Below are positions 48,501 to 58,300 of a stretch of DNA of 64,000 nucleotides, piece by piece. The stretch is from positions 1 to 64,000 of the IMG/VR virus record IMGVR_UViG_3300025617_000009; one strand, written 5' to 3'. The position numbers were made by a program, and so were the translations under genes. Positions within the stretch are counted from its first letter, which is position 1, and the number at the start of each line of letters is the position of its first letter. The DNA comes from a virus. The notes under the pieces were generated by a model, which was not told where the DNA came from, searched no databases, and saw nothing but the letters and a program-made list of their open reading frames with translations.

Positions 48501-48881
48501 TGCCGGTGCATCTGCTTGTGGTGTTAGTTCGTTTAGATCAATGTCCGCACGTACTACATAAGCACGATTGCTTACTCCTAGTAATGAATATGCTGCTTGT
48601 AAACCATACTCATTCAGTTCTCCTCCATTTACTGGATTGTTGTTGTTATCAACTTGGAAAACTGGGTCGCCGAATGTGTCGGCTAAATCTCTTTGACTTG
48701 TTAGTAGATAAACTCTACCAGCGTTTTCTTTTAATGTGCCCTGCGCAATGCCTGTACCTGATGAGTTGGTCTTATCTTGACCAGACGCAACAAATATCAT
48801 TGGCACTGTGCCTGGTTCAGCCGGAGTGTAAAAACTCTCGTCGATTACTGAAACCTGTACACCTGGTGATGTTAATGCCAT
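45561..48881 (-). CDS. gp18: Contractile tail sheath protein (gp18-like) with large insertions
   Basis: SPGVQVSVIDES, PWFAPAGTRRG, GQKT, ALDRINVARL, FEPND, CDESNNT, PVKAVEFIY. Confidence 0.95.
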   Translation of the reverse strand: MALTSPGVQVSVIDESFYTPAEPGTVPMIFVASGQDKTNSSGTGIAQGTLKENAGRVYLLTSQRDLADTFGDPVFQVDNNNNPVNGGELNEYGLQAAYSLLGVSNRAYVVRADIDLNELTPQADAPAGNPADGTYWFDIDSTSYGMLEWNGASSSTAGGQSFTTVTATIIDSASDLIGGSATSDPKPSIGQTGDYAIVTTTNLIRTYYKSGGNAGNDQGDGQVAAGTWVEVGTEEWKASLTTALGTVTSGHNITPGESINIGGNNITTTGATISSLVNNINQANITGISARETGGALELRSSGPDINLVNTPILAKLGLEAKTYAAPVLQVSPHTDVPTYKSYEDARPTGSLWVKTTEPNGGARFRVREWNDATLLWDEITAPVYTSPELALYGLDRTGGGTNLAVGDLYVKADVESAANPVADFKIYRRNSTGYASVTSAVVGGSSVPAAGPAAFNIVETTAGSDSYSTLVFIPMTLAGDSTDAETIAEAINSSALTKVLASVDAQNKLTISHVEGGEIKINDPDAVLAAIGITTATANFYDAPTGDTFYDYVISNWKPLVAENSTDAPTSLTADGALWYSSVVDECDIMIHNGTTWVGYQYDGSDPAFGPAAPFYDSSPVLQTDPQGPIVSATEPTEQSDGTALVNGDLWVSTADIDNYPLIYRYNGDSLKWNLLDSSDQTTDNGVLFADARWTDAGVNATDEASSIVDLLSSNFLDFDAPDPALYPKGMLLFNTRRSGFNVKRFVRNYVDVVADNNRYDPGLSGGENMENYYPHRWVTESANNADGSGAFGRVAQRKVVVQALQAMLNSNDDIRDDEARPFNLMATPGYPELIGEMVSLNYDRGLSAFIVGDSPFRLTPDATSLNDWANNVRLAVEDNDDGLVSFDEYLGIFYPAGFTSDNFGNNVVVPASHMILRTIALSDQVSYPWFAPAGTRRGGITNATSSGYINAEGEFVSVALNEGQRDTLYANNVNPITFLNGAGLVNYGQKTRARNASALDRINVARLVIYLRSQLNKLAKPYIFEPNDKITRDEIKGATESLLLELVGQRALYDFLVVCDESNNTPNRIDRNELYLDIAIEPVKAVEFIYIPLRLKNTGEIAGL

Positions 48882-48999
48882 CTTGTTTCTCCTATAAAAT
48901 CGTTTAAACGATATGTTACTAGTGTATTTAGTAGAACTATATTAAAAACCTGTGTTATAACCCTAAAAAAAGAGACCGAAAAGGTGAGGTAAATACACT

Positions 49000-49335
49000 A
49001 TGAGACCTTTATGCAAATGTGGACAACGTCCTGCAGCTATAAACTACAAAAAAAACGGACGTACATATTATCGTAAGTTATGTGAAACGTGCTTGCGCAA
49101 CGGTGTAGGACACGGTATTCCAAAATGGCGGCAAGCAGGTTACAAGAAAAAAGACTCTTGTGAAAAATGCGGATTTAAAAGCAAGCACAGCGAACAGTTT
49201 AATGTGTTTCACATAGACGGTGACTTAAATAATTGCCGGCCTTCAAATCTTAAAACAGTGTGTGCTAATTGTCAACGTATACTTCAAAAAGAAGGTGTAA
49301 AATGGAAGCAAGGAGATTTACTTCCAGATTTTTAG
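49000..49335 (+). CDS. Zn-binding HNH endonuclease-like protein
   Basis: CEKCG...HIDGDLNN...NLKTVCANC; TAAATA 4 nt before ATG. Confidence 0.75.
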   Translation: MRPLCKCGQRPAAINYKKNGRTYYRKLCETCLRNGVGHGIPKWRQAGYKKKDSCEKCGFKSKHSEQFNVFHIDGDLNNCRPSNLKTVCANCQRILQKEGVKWKQGDLLPDF

Positions 49336-49336
49336 G

Positions 49337-49364
49337 TTGACAAACTTGTTATAGATGTTATAAT
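49337..49364 (+). promoter_or_regulatory. sigma70-type promoter
   Basis: TTGACA-16nt-TATAAT with TG extension; AAGGA RBS downstream. Confidence 0.75.
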
Positions 49365-49387
49365 ACTTGTTTAATTAAGGAAAATCT

Positions 49388-49660
49388 ATGGCCATTGATT
49401 ACAAGTATAACGAACGCAAACTCATTGAAGAATTTCAAAAATATGTAGATGCTACATATGGTGAACACTATTCTATGAATAAACTACAAAGCACAGAGTT
49501 TATCATGGATGCTGGACATGGAGATGGATTTTGTTTAGGAAATGTAATCAAGTATGCTCAACGTTACGGCAAGAAAGACGGCTATAATCGCAAAGATTTA
49601 TTGAAAGTATTACACTACGGACTAATGGCGTTGCATCACCATGACCAACAAGGGCGTTAA
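49388..49660 (+). CDS. DUF3310 (SaV-like) protein
   Basis: HY...GFCLGNVIKYAQRYGKK.G...DLLK.LHY. Confidence 0.8.
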   Translation: MAIDYKYNERKLIEEFQKYVDATYGEHYSMNKLQSTEFIMDAGHGDGFCLGNVIKYAQRYGKKDGYNRKDLLKVLHYGLMALHHHDQQGR

Positions 49661-50415
49661 CCGATTAAGAAGCCATAGCCTGTGCCGCCCGATACTGCCA
49701 TAGAAACTTCATTTTCTAGTTTTTCCATTTCAGATTGAGCTTCAGCTTTTAATGAATCACCGTTAAGAGTTGATCCTCCTTGCGGTCCTGCAATAGTAGC
49801 AAACTTTGAACGTGCTTCGCCTAACATATACTTACATGCTGCAAGTGTATAATCTTTGATCCATTGTATTGCTAGATAATCACTTAGTAGTTCACTGTCT
49901 GGACGATAGTTATAAGCGTATAGTAATAAAGTTTCTTCTGCTCGTGGACGTTGTAACAGTGTAAGTTTTTTACTTGTACTATTCCATTTGAACTCGATAA
50001 AACTACCAAACATTCTACCTACTAGTTCTTGATATTGACTGAACATGTCGTAGGTTGCGATGCCTCCTATATTAGTAGAACTTAACAAATATGTATTTGT
50101 ATAAGCAAGGTTAAACGGTTCAAAGATACTTCCGCCGTCACCTCCTCCTGTTCTAGAGCCTATACTTCTGCGGAACAATTTACGAACTTCTATAACTTCA
50201 TTAGGTAGCGTGTATTCGTTCTGGTCCTCTACAGTTTCCATGAACAAATATGATTCTTCAACAGAGTTATCTGAACGTTGTCTAAAACGTGTTAGTGCTT
50301 TAGTTAATGCTGTTTCGTAGTGAACAGGATCAAGTTCTACATCAACCATGCCTCCGCCTAACATTGCGTAAACATAGTCAAATATTTCTTGCTTTTGTGT
50401 TGCTAAATCTGCCAT
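49657..50415 (-). CDS. gp13: Neck protein (gp13-like)
   Basis: LGGGMVDVEL, WIKDYTLA..K..LG..RSKF...GP.GG.TLNG. Confidence 0.85.
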   Translation of the reverse strand: MADLATQKQEIFDYVYAMLGGGMVDVELDPVHYETALTKALTRFRQRSDNSVEESYLFMETVEDQNEYTLPNEVIEVRKLFRRSIGSRTGGGDGGSIFEPFNLAYTNTYLLSSTNIGGIATYDMFSQYQELVGRMFGSFIEFKWNSTSKKLTLLQRPRAEETLLLYAYNYRPDSELLSDYLAIQWIKDYTLAACKYMLGEARSKFATIAGPQGGSTLNGDSLKAEAQSEMEKLENEVSMAVSGGTGYGFLIG

Positions 50416-50432
50416 AGGTAATCTCCGTATAG

Positions 50433-50447
50433 TATTTATGCTAAATA
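50433..50447. promoter_or_regulatory. Back-to-back late promoters (TATTTA-TGC-TAAATA)
   Basis: Minus-strand TAAATA at 50433-50438 and plus-strand TAAATA at 50442-50447, between divergent neck genes. Confidence 0.7.
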
Positions 50448-50452
50448 TGTGT

Positions 50453-51616
50453 ATGCCGAGATTATCACTTTACAAGCCCGAGAGAGGCAAAGATTACGGA
50501 TTTATAGACAAGCAAGTCTATGAAATGTTTACCATTGGTGGTACTGACGTATTTGTACACAAGTATCTTGGAACTGAGAACCCTAGCGACGAAGATGCGA
50601 CTGTAGACAAACCTCAATATGATGTTGTAAAAGAAACTAATATTCAGGATCTGTTATTTTTAGAAAATAGGGATAGAAAGTATGATCCAGATGTCTACAG
50701 TCTTAGAGGCATCTATAATGTACAAGATATTGATTTTGATTTATCAGCGTTTGGTTTATTTTTAAGTAATGATACATTGTTCTTAACAGTTCATATCAAC
50801 TCTAGTGTTAAGACTATTGGCAGAAAGATTATTGCAGGAGACGTTATTGAGCTTCCGCATCTACGTGACGAATACGCTCTTAATGATTTAAGTGTAGCAC
50901 TAAAACGTTTTTACGTTGTAGAAGATGTTAATCGTGCAGCGGAAGGTTTTTCACAGACTTGGTATCCTCACTTATATAGGTTAAAACTCAAGCAGATTGT
51001 AGACAGTCAAGAATACAAAGAAATACTTGACTTACCTGCAAACGAAGATAATCCTGCAGAAGGTTCATTAAGGGATCTGCTTTCTACATATGAAAAAGAA
51101 ATGCAGATTAACCAAGCAGTTGTTGCTCAGGCAGAAGAAGACGCAGGACTTAGTGGATACGATACAAGTCACTTGTACACACTTGCTACTAATGATGACG
51201 GCAGTGTTGACCTTGTAACTATTGACCAAGACGATATCGATGTAAGTGCAGAAAGTATTATTTCTGATGAAATATACGGTAGACCAGATAGGCAAGGCTA
51301 CGACGGTTATCTAGTAGATGCAGAGATTGCTCCTAACGGTGCTCCTTACGGCGCTGGCATTAGTTTCCCTCCAGAAAATCAACCTGGAGATTATTTTTTA
51401 CGCACAGACTTTTCGCCCAAACGCTTGTTTAGATTTGACGGCACACGTTGGGTCAAAGTACAAGATGGTGTTAGAATGACAATGACTAATGGCCCGGATA
51501 GGCAAACACAAAAAGGTACGTTTATTAATAACACCAATGTTGATAGTATAGGTGGCGAAGACGTACAAGAAAGACAGAGTCTAAGTAAGGCACTTAGACC
51601 TAAGGCGGATAACTAA
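50453..51616 (+). CDS. Neck/head-closure protein (gp14-like)
   Basis: DLLFLENRDRKY, LSAFGLF, GDVIELP; between gp13- and gp15-like genes; start reassigned to MPRLSLY. Confidence 0.7.
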   Translation: MPRLSLYKPERGKDYGFIDKQVYEMFTIGGTDVFVHKYLGTENPSDEDATVDKPQYDVVKETNIQDLLFLENRDRKYDPDVYSLRGIYNVQDIDFDLSAFGLFLSNDTLFLTVHINSSVKTIGRKIIAGDVIELPHLRDEYALNDLSVALKRFYVVEDVNRAAEGFSQTWYPHLYRLKLKQIVDSQEYKEILDLPANEDNPAEGSLRDLLSTYEKEMQINQAVVAQAEEDAGLSGYDTSHLYTLATNDDGSVDLVTIDQDDIDVSAESIISDEIYGRPDRQGYDGYLVDAEIAPNGAPYGAGISFPPENQPGDYFLRTDFSPKRLFRFDGTRWVKVQDGVRMTMTNGPDRQTQKGTFINNTNVDSIGGEDVQERQSLSKALRPKADN

Positions 51617-53052
51617 TGCAGTTTTTTTACGACGGTCAAATAAGAAGATATATCACTCAAATGGTAAGATTAATGAGCAACTTTTCTTATCAAGACGGTA
51701 GAGGAAATCTTACTCTAGTACCTGTACTATATGGAGATATGACTCGTCAAGTTGCTAATATTATTCGTGATAACTCTGAAAACAAGATTCCTAGTGCACC
51801 GAGAATGGCAGTTTATGTAACTGGTTTAGAAATGGATCGCAGTCGTACAGCAGATTCTAGTTATGTAAACAAAATAAACATTCGTGAAAAAGCATATGAT
51901 ACAGACGGCAACGAATATCTAAACATACAAGGTAAAAACTACACAGTAGAGCGTCTTATGCCTACGCCTTATACACTGTCAATGAATGTTGATATATGGA
52001 GTACAAATACAGAACAAAAACTTCAAATCTTAGAACAAATACTAACACTGTTTAATCCTAGTTTTGAAATACAAACTACAGATAACTATGTTGACTGGAC
52101 TAGTCTAAGTGTTGTAAATCTTGAAGGCACAACATTTTCTAGTAGAAGTATTCCAGTAGGTGTTGACAGCGACATAGATGTTGCTACTCTACAGTTTAGT
52201 ACACCTATATATATTTCACCGCCTGTTAAAGTTAAGCGTCTTGGAGTTATCACCGATATTATTACCAGTATTTTTAACGAAGAAGAAGGAACCATTGATT
52301 TAGGATTAACTTCACCACAGGTAAATGCATATGACGACAGTCCAGAACCTGGACGTACTAATGTAACCGAAGACGATGTACAAACTGACATGAACAATAG
52401 CGGTGTTACATTTAGCACAAACTATGCAGATCTTGGAGTGTACGTCGACGGTAATATTCTAAGACTTATTAGTAAGAACCAAATAGGAACAACAAACTGG
52501 CGCAATGTGTTAGATAATGTTTCGGGACAATATCAAGCAGATATTAGTCGTATATACCTTAGTAACTTAGATACAGGAAGTGTATACACAGGTACTATTA
52601 CTTTAAATGAGTTAGATGAAACACAACTTATTGTTAACTGGGATTCTGATAGTTTTCCTAATGATACAGTAATAGAAGGTCCTGCAAGAAACAGTGCTAG
52701 TTGGACTAGCATAGATTACATCATAGATCCTCAAAAGAAAAATCCTACAGATTTAAAAGCTGCAGGTGTAAGAATATTATTACTTAATAATATAGGCGAT
52801 GCGGCTAACACAGATGGGCCAGATGCTTGGAAGAACAACGACGGCACTGATTTTATAGGCGGCGAAAACGATATCATTGAATGGACTGGCACACAGTGGG
52901 TTACAGTATTTGATGCAAACGAAACCGCAGAAGCAACATACACTACTAACCTTAACACAGGTATACAGTACAAGTGGACAGGCGAATATTGGTTGTTAAG
53001 TATTGATGGAGAGTATCCAAAAAGTTCTTGGAGAATGGATCTCAACGGCTAA
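51616..53052 (+). CDS. gp15: Tail terminator/sheath stabiliser (gp15-like)
   Basis: FFYDGQIRRY, VPVLYG, PRM, PTPY.L, QILEQIL.LFNP. Confidence 0.8.
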   Translation: MQFFYDGQIRRYITQMVRLMSNFSYQDGRGNLTLVPVLYGDMTRQVANIIRDNSENKIPSAPRMAVYVTGLEMDRSRTADSSYVNKINIREKAYDTDGNEYLNIQGKNYTVERLMPTPYTLSMNVDIWSTNTEQKLQILEQILTLFNPSFEIQTTDNYVDWTSLSVVNLEGTTFSSRSIPVGVDSDIDVATLQFSTPIYISPPVKVKRLGVITDIITSIFNEEEGTIDLGLTSPQVNAYDDSPEPGRTNVTEDDVQTDMNNSGVTFSTNYADLGVYVDGNILRLISKNQIGTTNWRNVLDNVSGQYQADISRIYLSNLDTGSVYTGTITLNELDETQLIVNWDSDSFPNDTVIEGPARNSASWTSIDYIIDPQKKNPTDLKAAGVRILLLNNIGDAANTDGPDAWKNNDGTDFIGGENDIIEWTGTQWVTVFDANETAEATYTTNLNTGIQYKWTGEYWLLSIDGEYPKSSWRMDLNG

Positions 53053-53059
53053 CTACTGT

Positions 53060-53497
53060 ATGACAGATAAAATCGTATGCAGCGGTGCTCTATTTTACAG
53101 CTTATCTACAAAACGTTTCTTATTTTTACATCGTACTCAAGGTAAAAACAATAATCTTTGGGGATTAGTTGGCGGAACCAACGAAGGTGAAGAAACTCCG
53201 TGGGAAGGTCTTAAACGAGAAATATCAGAAGAAATAGGCAATAATCACGAAGTTACAAAAGTTATACCTTTAGAAACTTTTGTAAGCAGTGACAGCAGAT
53301 TTTTATTTCATACATACCTTTGTCTTGTAAAGGAGGAGTTTATTCCCACACTTAACATAGAACATGACGGCTATTCCTGGGTGAGTTTTGGCAAATGGCC
53401 AAAGCCTCTACATCAAGGATTGCGTAATACTCTGAACAACAAAAACAATATTTCTAAACTAGAAACAGTATTCCGAGTAATCGATTTAACACAATAG
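53060..53497 (+). CDS. NUDIX hydrolase
   Basis: WGLVGG..EGETPWEGLKREISEEIG Nudix box. Confidence 0.9.
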   Translation: MTDKIVCSGALFYSLSTKRFLFLHRTQGKNNNLWGLVGGTNEGEETPWEGLKREISEEIGNNHEVTKVIPLETFVSSDSRFLFHTYLCLVKEEFIPTLNIEHDGYSWVSFGKWPKPLHQGLRNTLNNKNNISKLETVFRVIDLTQ

Positions 53498-53509
53498 AAA
53501 GGACAACCA

Positions 53510-54334
53510 ATGCGTATCTTAGTAACAGGACACAAAGGGTTTATCGGACAAAATATCTCAAAATATTTAATACAACAAGGACACGAAATAGAAGGATGGG
53601 AATGGATTCCTAACACTGTACCAGATCCTAGTTCGTATGATTGGGTTGTACATTTAGGAGCAATCACAGATACTACTTGCAAAGATGTAGAACAAATTAT
53701 GGAACAAAATCTAGAGTTTAGTCTTAGATTATTACAAGTATGTGATATGACAGGGACAAACTTTCAATATGCTAGTAGTGCCAGCGTTTACGGAGATTTA
53801 AAAACTTTCAACGAAGAAGGACCGTTTTATCCTATGAATCCATATGCTTGGAGCAAATATCTTTTTGATAGATTTGTAGATCAACACATAGACGGATTTA
53901 CAATCAAAGTACAAGGATTTAGATTTTTTAATGTTTATGGAAATCATGAAGAGCACAAAGGAAATATGGCCAGTGTGTTTCACAAGTTTATAAAACAAGC
54001 ACGTACTACTCAAAATATTCAAGTATTTGAAAACAGTGAAAATTATTCTAGAGATTTTATTTGTGTAGACGATGTATGTGATATTATGTCTAAGTTTATG
54101 GACAAAGACGTAATGGGTGTTTTTAATCTAGGAACAGGTTCTGCAACAAGCTTTGCAGAGGTTGCAAAATATATTGCAAGAGTGTATAATAGTAGTATAC
54201 AAGAAATACCTATGCCAGATAACTTAAAGGCACAATATCAAAAGTTTACACAAAGTAATAATAACCTTTTATTATCTGAGCTAGGTGATTATAAGTTTAC
54301 ATCAATATACGAGTGGATAGATAAAAATGGATAA
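53510..54334 (+). CDS. rfaD: ADP-L-glycero-D-manno-heptose 6-epimerase
   Basis: TGHKGFIG, HLGAITDT, YASSASVYG, YAWSK, RFFNVYG.HE.HKGNMAS, RDFI. Confidence 0.85.
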   Translation: MRILVTGHKGFIGQNISKYLIQQGHEIEGWEWIPNTVPDPSSYDWVVHLGAITDTTCKDVEQIMEQNLEFSLRLLQVCDMTGTNFQYASSASVYGDLKTFNEEGPFYPMNPYAWSKYLFDRFVDQHIDGFTIKVQGFRFFNVYGNHEEHKGNMASVFHKFIKQARTTQNIQVFENSENYSRDFICVDDVCDIMSKFMDKDVMGVFNLGTGSATSFAEVAKYIARVYNSSIQEIPMPDNLKAQYQKFTQSNNNLLLSELGDYKFTSIYEWIDKNG

Positions 54335-54716
54335 CCCGACTAGACTTTCTGGAGCAGTAAAAAAAGGCTGGGGATATGAGCTAATATTTGCAACCAACGA
54401 TTTGTACTGCGGTAAAATCATAGTTTTTGAAAAAGCTGGTGCAAAAACTAGTATGAACTTTCACAAAGAAAAAGACAAAACTTGGTTTATTAACTCAGGT
54501 AGTTTTTTATTACGAACTATTGAAACTAAATCTGCTACACTAATCACTAAAGAATTAAAGGAAGGCGATGCTTGGCACACTCCGCCATTAATTCCTCACC
54601 AATTAGAAGCATTAGAAGATAATTCTAGTTTAACAGAAGTAAGCACACCTGATTCAGTTGAAGATATGCATAGAATTAGTCAAGGCGATACACAACTCGA
54701 GGCTAAAAATGGTTGA
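54327..54716 (+). CDS. Cupin, sugar isomerase-like
   Basis: KGWGYE, YCGK, SMNFHKEKD.TW, PHQL, EVST. Confidence 0.75.
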   Translation: MDNPTRLSGAVKKGWGYELIFATNDLYCGKIIVFEKAGAKTSMNFHKEKDKTWFINSGSFLLRTIETKSATLITKELKEGDAWHTPPLIPHQLEALEDNSSLTEVSTPDSVEDMHRISQGDTQLEAKNG

Positions 54717-55326
54717 TATTGTTTGGAGTGGCAAAGACGATCTACGTTATAAAGATCCGAGCTGGATCGCTCCTAACGTAGTTGTAGGTTTAGATCGTGA
54801 CGGCGTACTTAATGAAAATGTCGAAGGATATTGTACTAAGCCTGAACAGTTCGTACCAATAGAAGGCAGTCTAGAAGCGGTTGCTAAACTTCGCAAACTG
54901 GGACATAAGACTGCTATTATTACTAATCAAGGATGTATAGAAAAAGGTATTTGCACTCAAGAAGATGTAGAGCGTGTAAACACCTATATGTTTGAACTAC
55001 TAGGCAAAGCAGGATGTCCTGTTGTTGATGCATTATATTTTTCTGCTAGTAGCCGCAAGGACGATGAGTGGGCTAAACCTAATGTTGGTATGTTTAAACG
55101 TTGTGAGCGAGAACACCCTCACATCAAGTTTAATAAAGGGTACTATGTAGGTGATAAACTTACAGATTTGAAAGCCGCTGTAAAAATAGGTGCTACGCCT
55201 ATTTTAGTTCGTACAGGACACGGCTTAGAAACAGAACAAGAACTGAATAAGTTTACATACAGAAAACTTAAAAAGGCAACAAAGATCTTTGACGATCTAC
55301 AATCATTTGTTGCCACTTTAAGTTAG
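54709..55326 (+). CDS. gmhB: D,D-heptose 1,7-bisphosphate phosphatase (HAD)
   Basis: LDRDGVLN, ITNQ, KPNVGM, VGDKLTD, VRTGHG. Confidence 0.85.
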   Translation: MVDIVWSGKDDLRYKDPSWIAPNVVVGLDRDGVLNENVEGYCTKPEQFVPIEGSLEAVAKLRKLGHKTAIITNQGCIEKGICTQEDVERVNTYMFELLGKAGCPVVDALYFSASSRKDDEWAKPNVGMFKRCEREHPHIKFNKGYYVGDKLTDLKAAVKIGATPILVRTGHGLETEQELNKFTYRKLKKATKIFDDLQSFVATLS

Positions 55327-58300
55327 GCTTGCGCTTCGCCCCAACGTAGAATAATATTTGACGTTGTATCTGCACCTGATGTTTTATATACGTTAATAGC
55401 CAGTACATCAGGACCATTAGGGAATGTACCTCGCCCTCCTAAAGTAGTATTTGTCAATTCTTTTAACGTATCTAAGTTTAGATTAGCACGTTCGCCCGGT
55501 GTTGCAATAAACGAGAATACTGTTTCACCTGGTTGTGCATAAGGCGGTTCTACAAACTCTACAGTAATAGTACCCGTGCCAGCTACCAATGTTCCATTGT
55601 ACGAGTTATTGAATATTATTCTATAGTATATTGTGCCTGCAAACTCTTCTTCTGAAATACTCTGTATCTTTGTGTTAGCAGGGAAGTTACCAGCGGTTGT
55701 AGCAACAACATCTGTACCTACACTGGCGCCTGAGGCTGTTAATGATGCAGCAGTAGCAAGCATAAAGTTACGTCCTACAAGATCACCACCTCGAGAAAAT
55801 GTTATTGTCTCGCTGTCTTGGATTCTTCCACTGAACCGCTGATTTAGTCGAACAATATAGTTATTCTGCCAAGAGTTTTCTATTCGTCTTACCGTTGTGC
55901 CTGCAGGGAAAGTTGCGCCACCAGCTGCAGATACCAGACTATCACCTGCTTCTAATCCGATATTATTTACACTATCTCTAGTCATATATATGTAATCAGC
56001 ATTATTGGCATTCATAAAGAACGATGTAGTTGCTGTTCCTGTAATAGCAGACTGTGCTGTAATATTTGCTTGTACTGCACTTTGACCAGTTGACCATTGA
56101 ACAGAACCGCCTGCGGCAATCTGTGCAAAGCTAGGCTGACCACCTTGTGCTTCTGAGCTTAGTCCCGACCATACAATATTTGCTGGGTTATCTGGATAGT
56201 TTTGAGGATTAAGTACGCCTTCAACAACAATGCCACCTGTGATTGGTGCATTTGAGTTTGCAGGGTCGACACCGTCTGAACTGATTTCAATACCTTGAAT
56301 CAATAACTGGGCACGATTTAACAGTTCGCGTTCGCCTAAGTCACCTGTAATAGCGTTTGATACACTAGGTGCTAGACGCAACAAGAATGCTGTTTGTTTG
56401 ATTGTACTGACTGGAATACTCTGTTCTGTGTAAGAGAAAATATATCCACGATCTTCGTCAAAGTTACCATCTGTAATAAACGATGAACCCCAATGACTAA
56501 TAAGTGGTGTAATAGTGTTGCTTACTAGTACAACGCCAGTTCTATTAGAATGCGATGCTGCTGATCCTGCTGTATACGATCTTTGTGCTCCAGCATTAAA
56601 GTTTGTAAGGTTAGCACTTCTAGTACAACCAGTTAATCTATTATTATCAATATCCACACCAGTAAATGATATTAGCTCGTTGTCTATATACACTGTTCCT
56701 CCACTTGGTGGGAAGAAACTAGCATCTTGCAACGGTATAAAGTCTTGCGAAGGCGTCATGTCTGCACTTAATCGATCATTTGCACCTTCGTTGGTTACTT
56801 CATAACGTACAGGCAAGTTACCTGAACGCATGTATGCTTCAGTGTTTACGTTAGAGTTACGTATTCTGTGTGCGTATACAAAGTTACCGTCTGCACCGCG
56901 GACCATAAAATCAATAAAACCAGCACCATACCATGAATATTGAATACCAATCATCTGCATCTTAGCAGGATCAATGTTGTATTTACTAGCACCTGTGCCA
57001 TCTAATCTATCAAGGTTAAAGTCTTGTTGTCTAATCTTTTTATCTGTAATCAAACATGCTTTAGCACCTGAAATATTTACAACGCCTCGGAAATCTGGAG
57101 TGACTGTCATCTCTGTTTGTGAGGTTACACCTGAAATAACGTGTGTCATACCTTTAATAACAATTCTGTCGCCTGCTTTTACTTGGTCGCGGAATCGTGT
57201 GCCTGTACCTGTTACTAAACTACTGTCACTATCAATAGCAATAGTACCTGCTAGTTGTTTAGTAGATGTTCTTTGTACTACACTTAGATATGTTCCATCA
57301 TATTCCCAAAAGATTCCGTTCTGATCGTCAAAAATACCTGAACGTACAGTAGCACCATTCCACGCTACTGTAGATATTTGAGCGCCAAATCCGATAACTG
57401 GGTCTGTACTTCCCAATCTGTATTGTGCTGTAACTCTAAATGTTCTTTCGTTGACGATATCAGTAACAGTATAATCGTGATTGTATCCTGGAGTTTCTAC
57501 ACCAATAATGCGTATCTGACCACCTACTTGTAAGCCGTGATCGTTTTCATCAGTAGTAACTGTAATAGTTGATCCTATTTCTACGTTATCTGCTGAGATA
57601 CTTAAAATATCATAACTTGGTGCAAACAATGCACCGGTGGTATACATAATACCTTTACCTGATTGATAACGAATATATTTTTTACTTTGACGTATTGCTT
57701 GCGCACCATGTTGCGGACCGCCTGTGCCTAGTTGTACGCCGCCGTCATACGGTCTGTGAATAAAGAAGCTGTCAGGTTTAGGATAAATGTTGCCTGCAAT
57801 AACATCATTATCGTCAATGGCTCCTGGCGCTCTTGCTTGATATGTTAAAGTCAACGCATCTGGCACACTTGTAGCAATGTATGGACCGTTTGCAAGATTA
57901 TGATTGTTTACACCGTCGTCGGAGTTGATTACAACGTTAAATCCACTACCAGGTATTAATCCATGAGCAGTTTCAAACGTTACTAGAATAGTTGCAAGTG
58001 CGCTAAAACTAATAGTATCACCGTTGGTTATTCCGCCTACAGTAGATTCACTGAGTGTAACACTGCTAATAAAATCTAATGCAGCGCCTGCTACTGCTGT
58101 TCCTGAATCTGTAAATGTAACAATACTACCCGCTGAATCAACGTCAGTTACTGTAATTAGAATATCGTTAACACCGTCAACTCCACCCAAATCGTTACCA
58201 CTAATTATTAATCTATTACCAGTTTCATAACTTACACCTGTACTAACTAATGTTACAGATGTATATGATCCCGAATCTCGTGTTACGTTAAATGTTGCGC

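Noticed and set aside
48882-48999. tRNA or ncRNA in the longer intergenic gaps
   Set aside because: No cloverleaf or T-loop motif; the gaps are accounted for by promoters, RBS and short hairpins
50453-50475. MPRLS start of the gp14-like protein matching the MPRL tag of the left-end propeller genes
   Set aside because: Only four residues match and the context differs; may be chance
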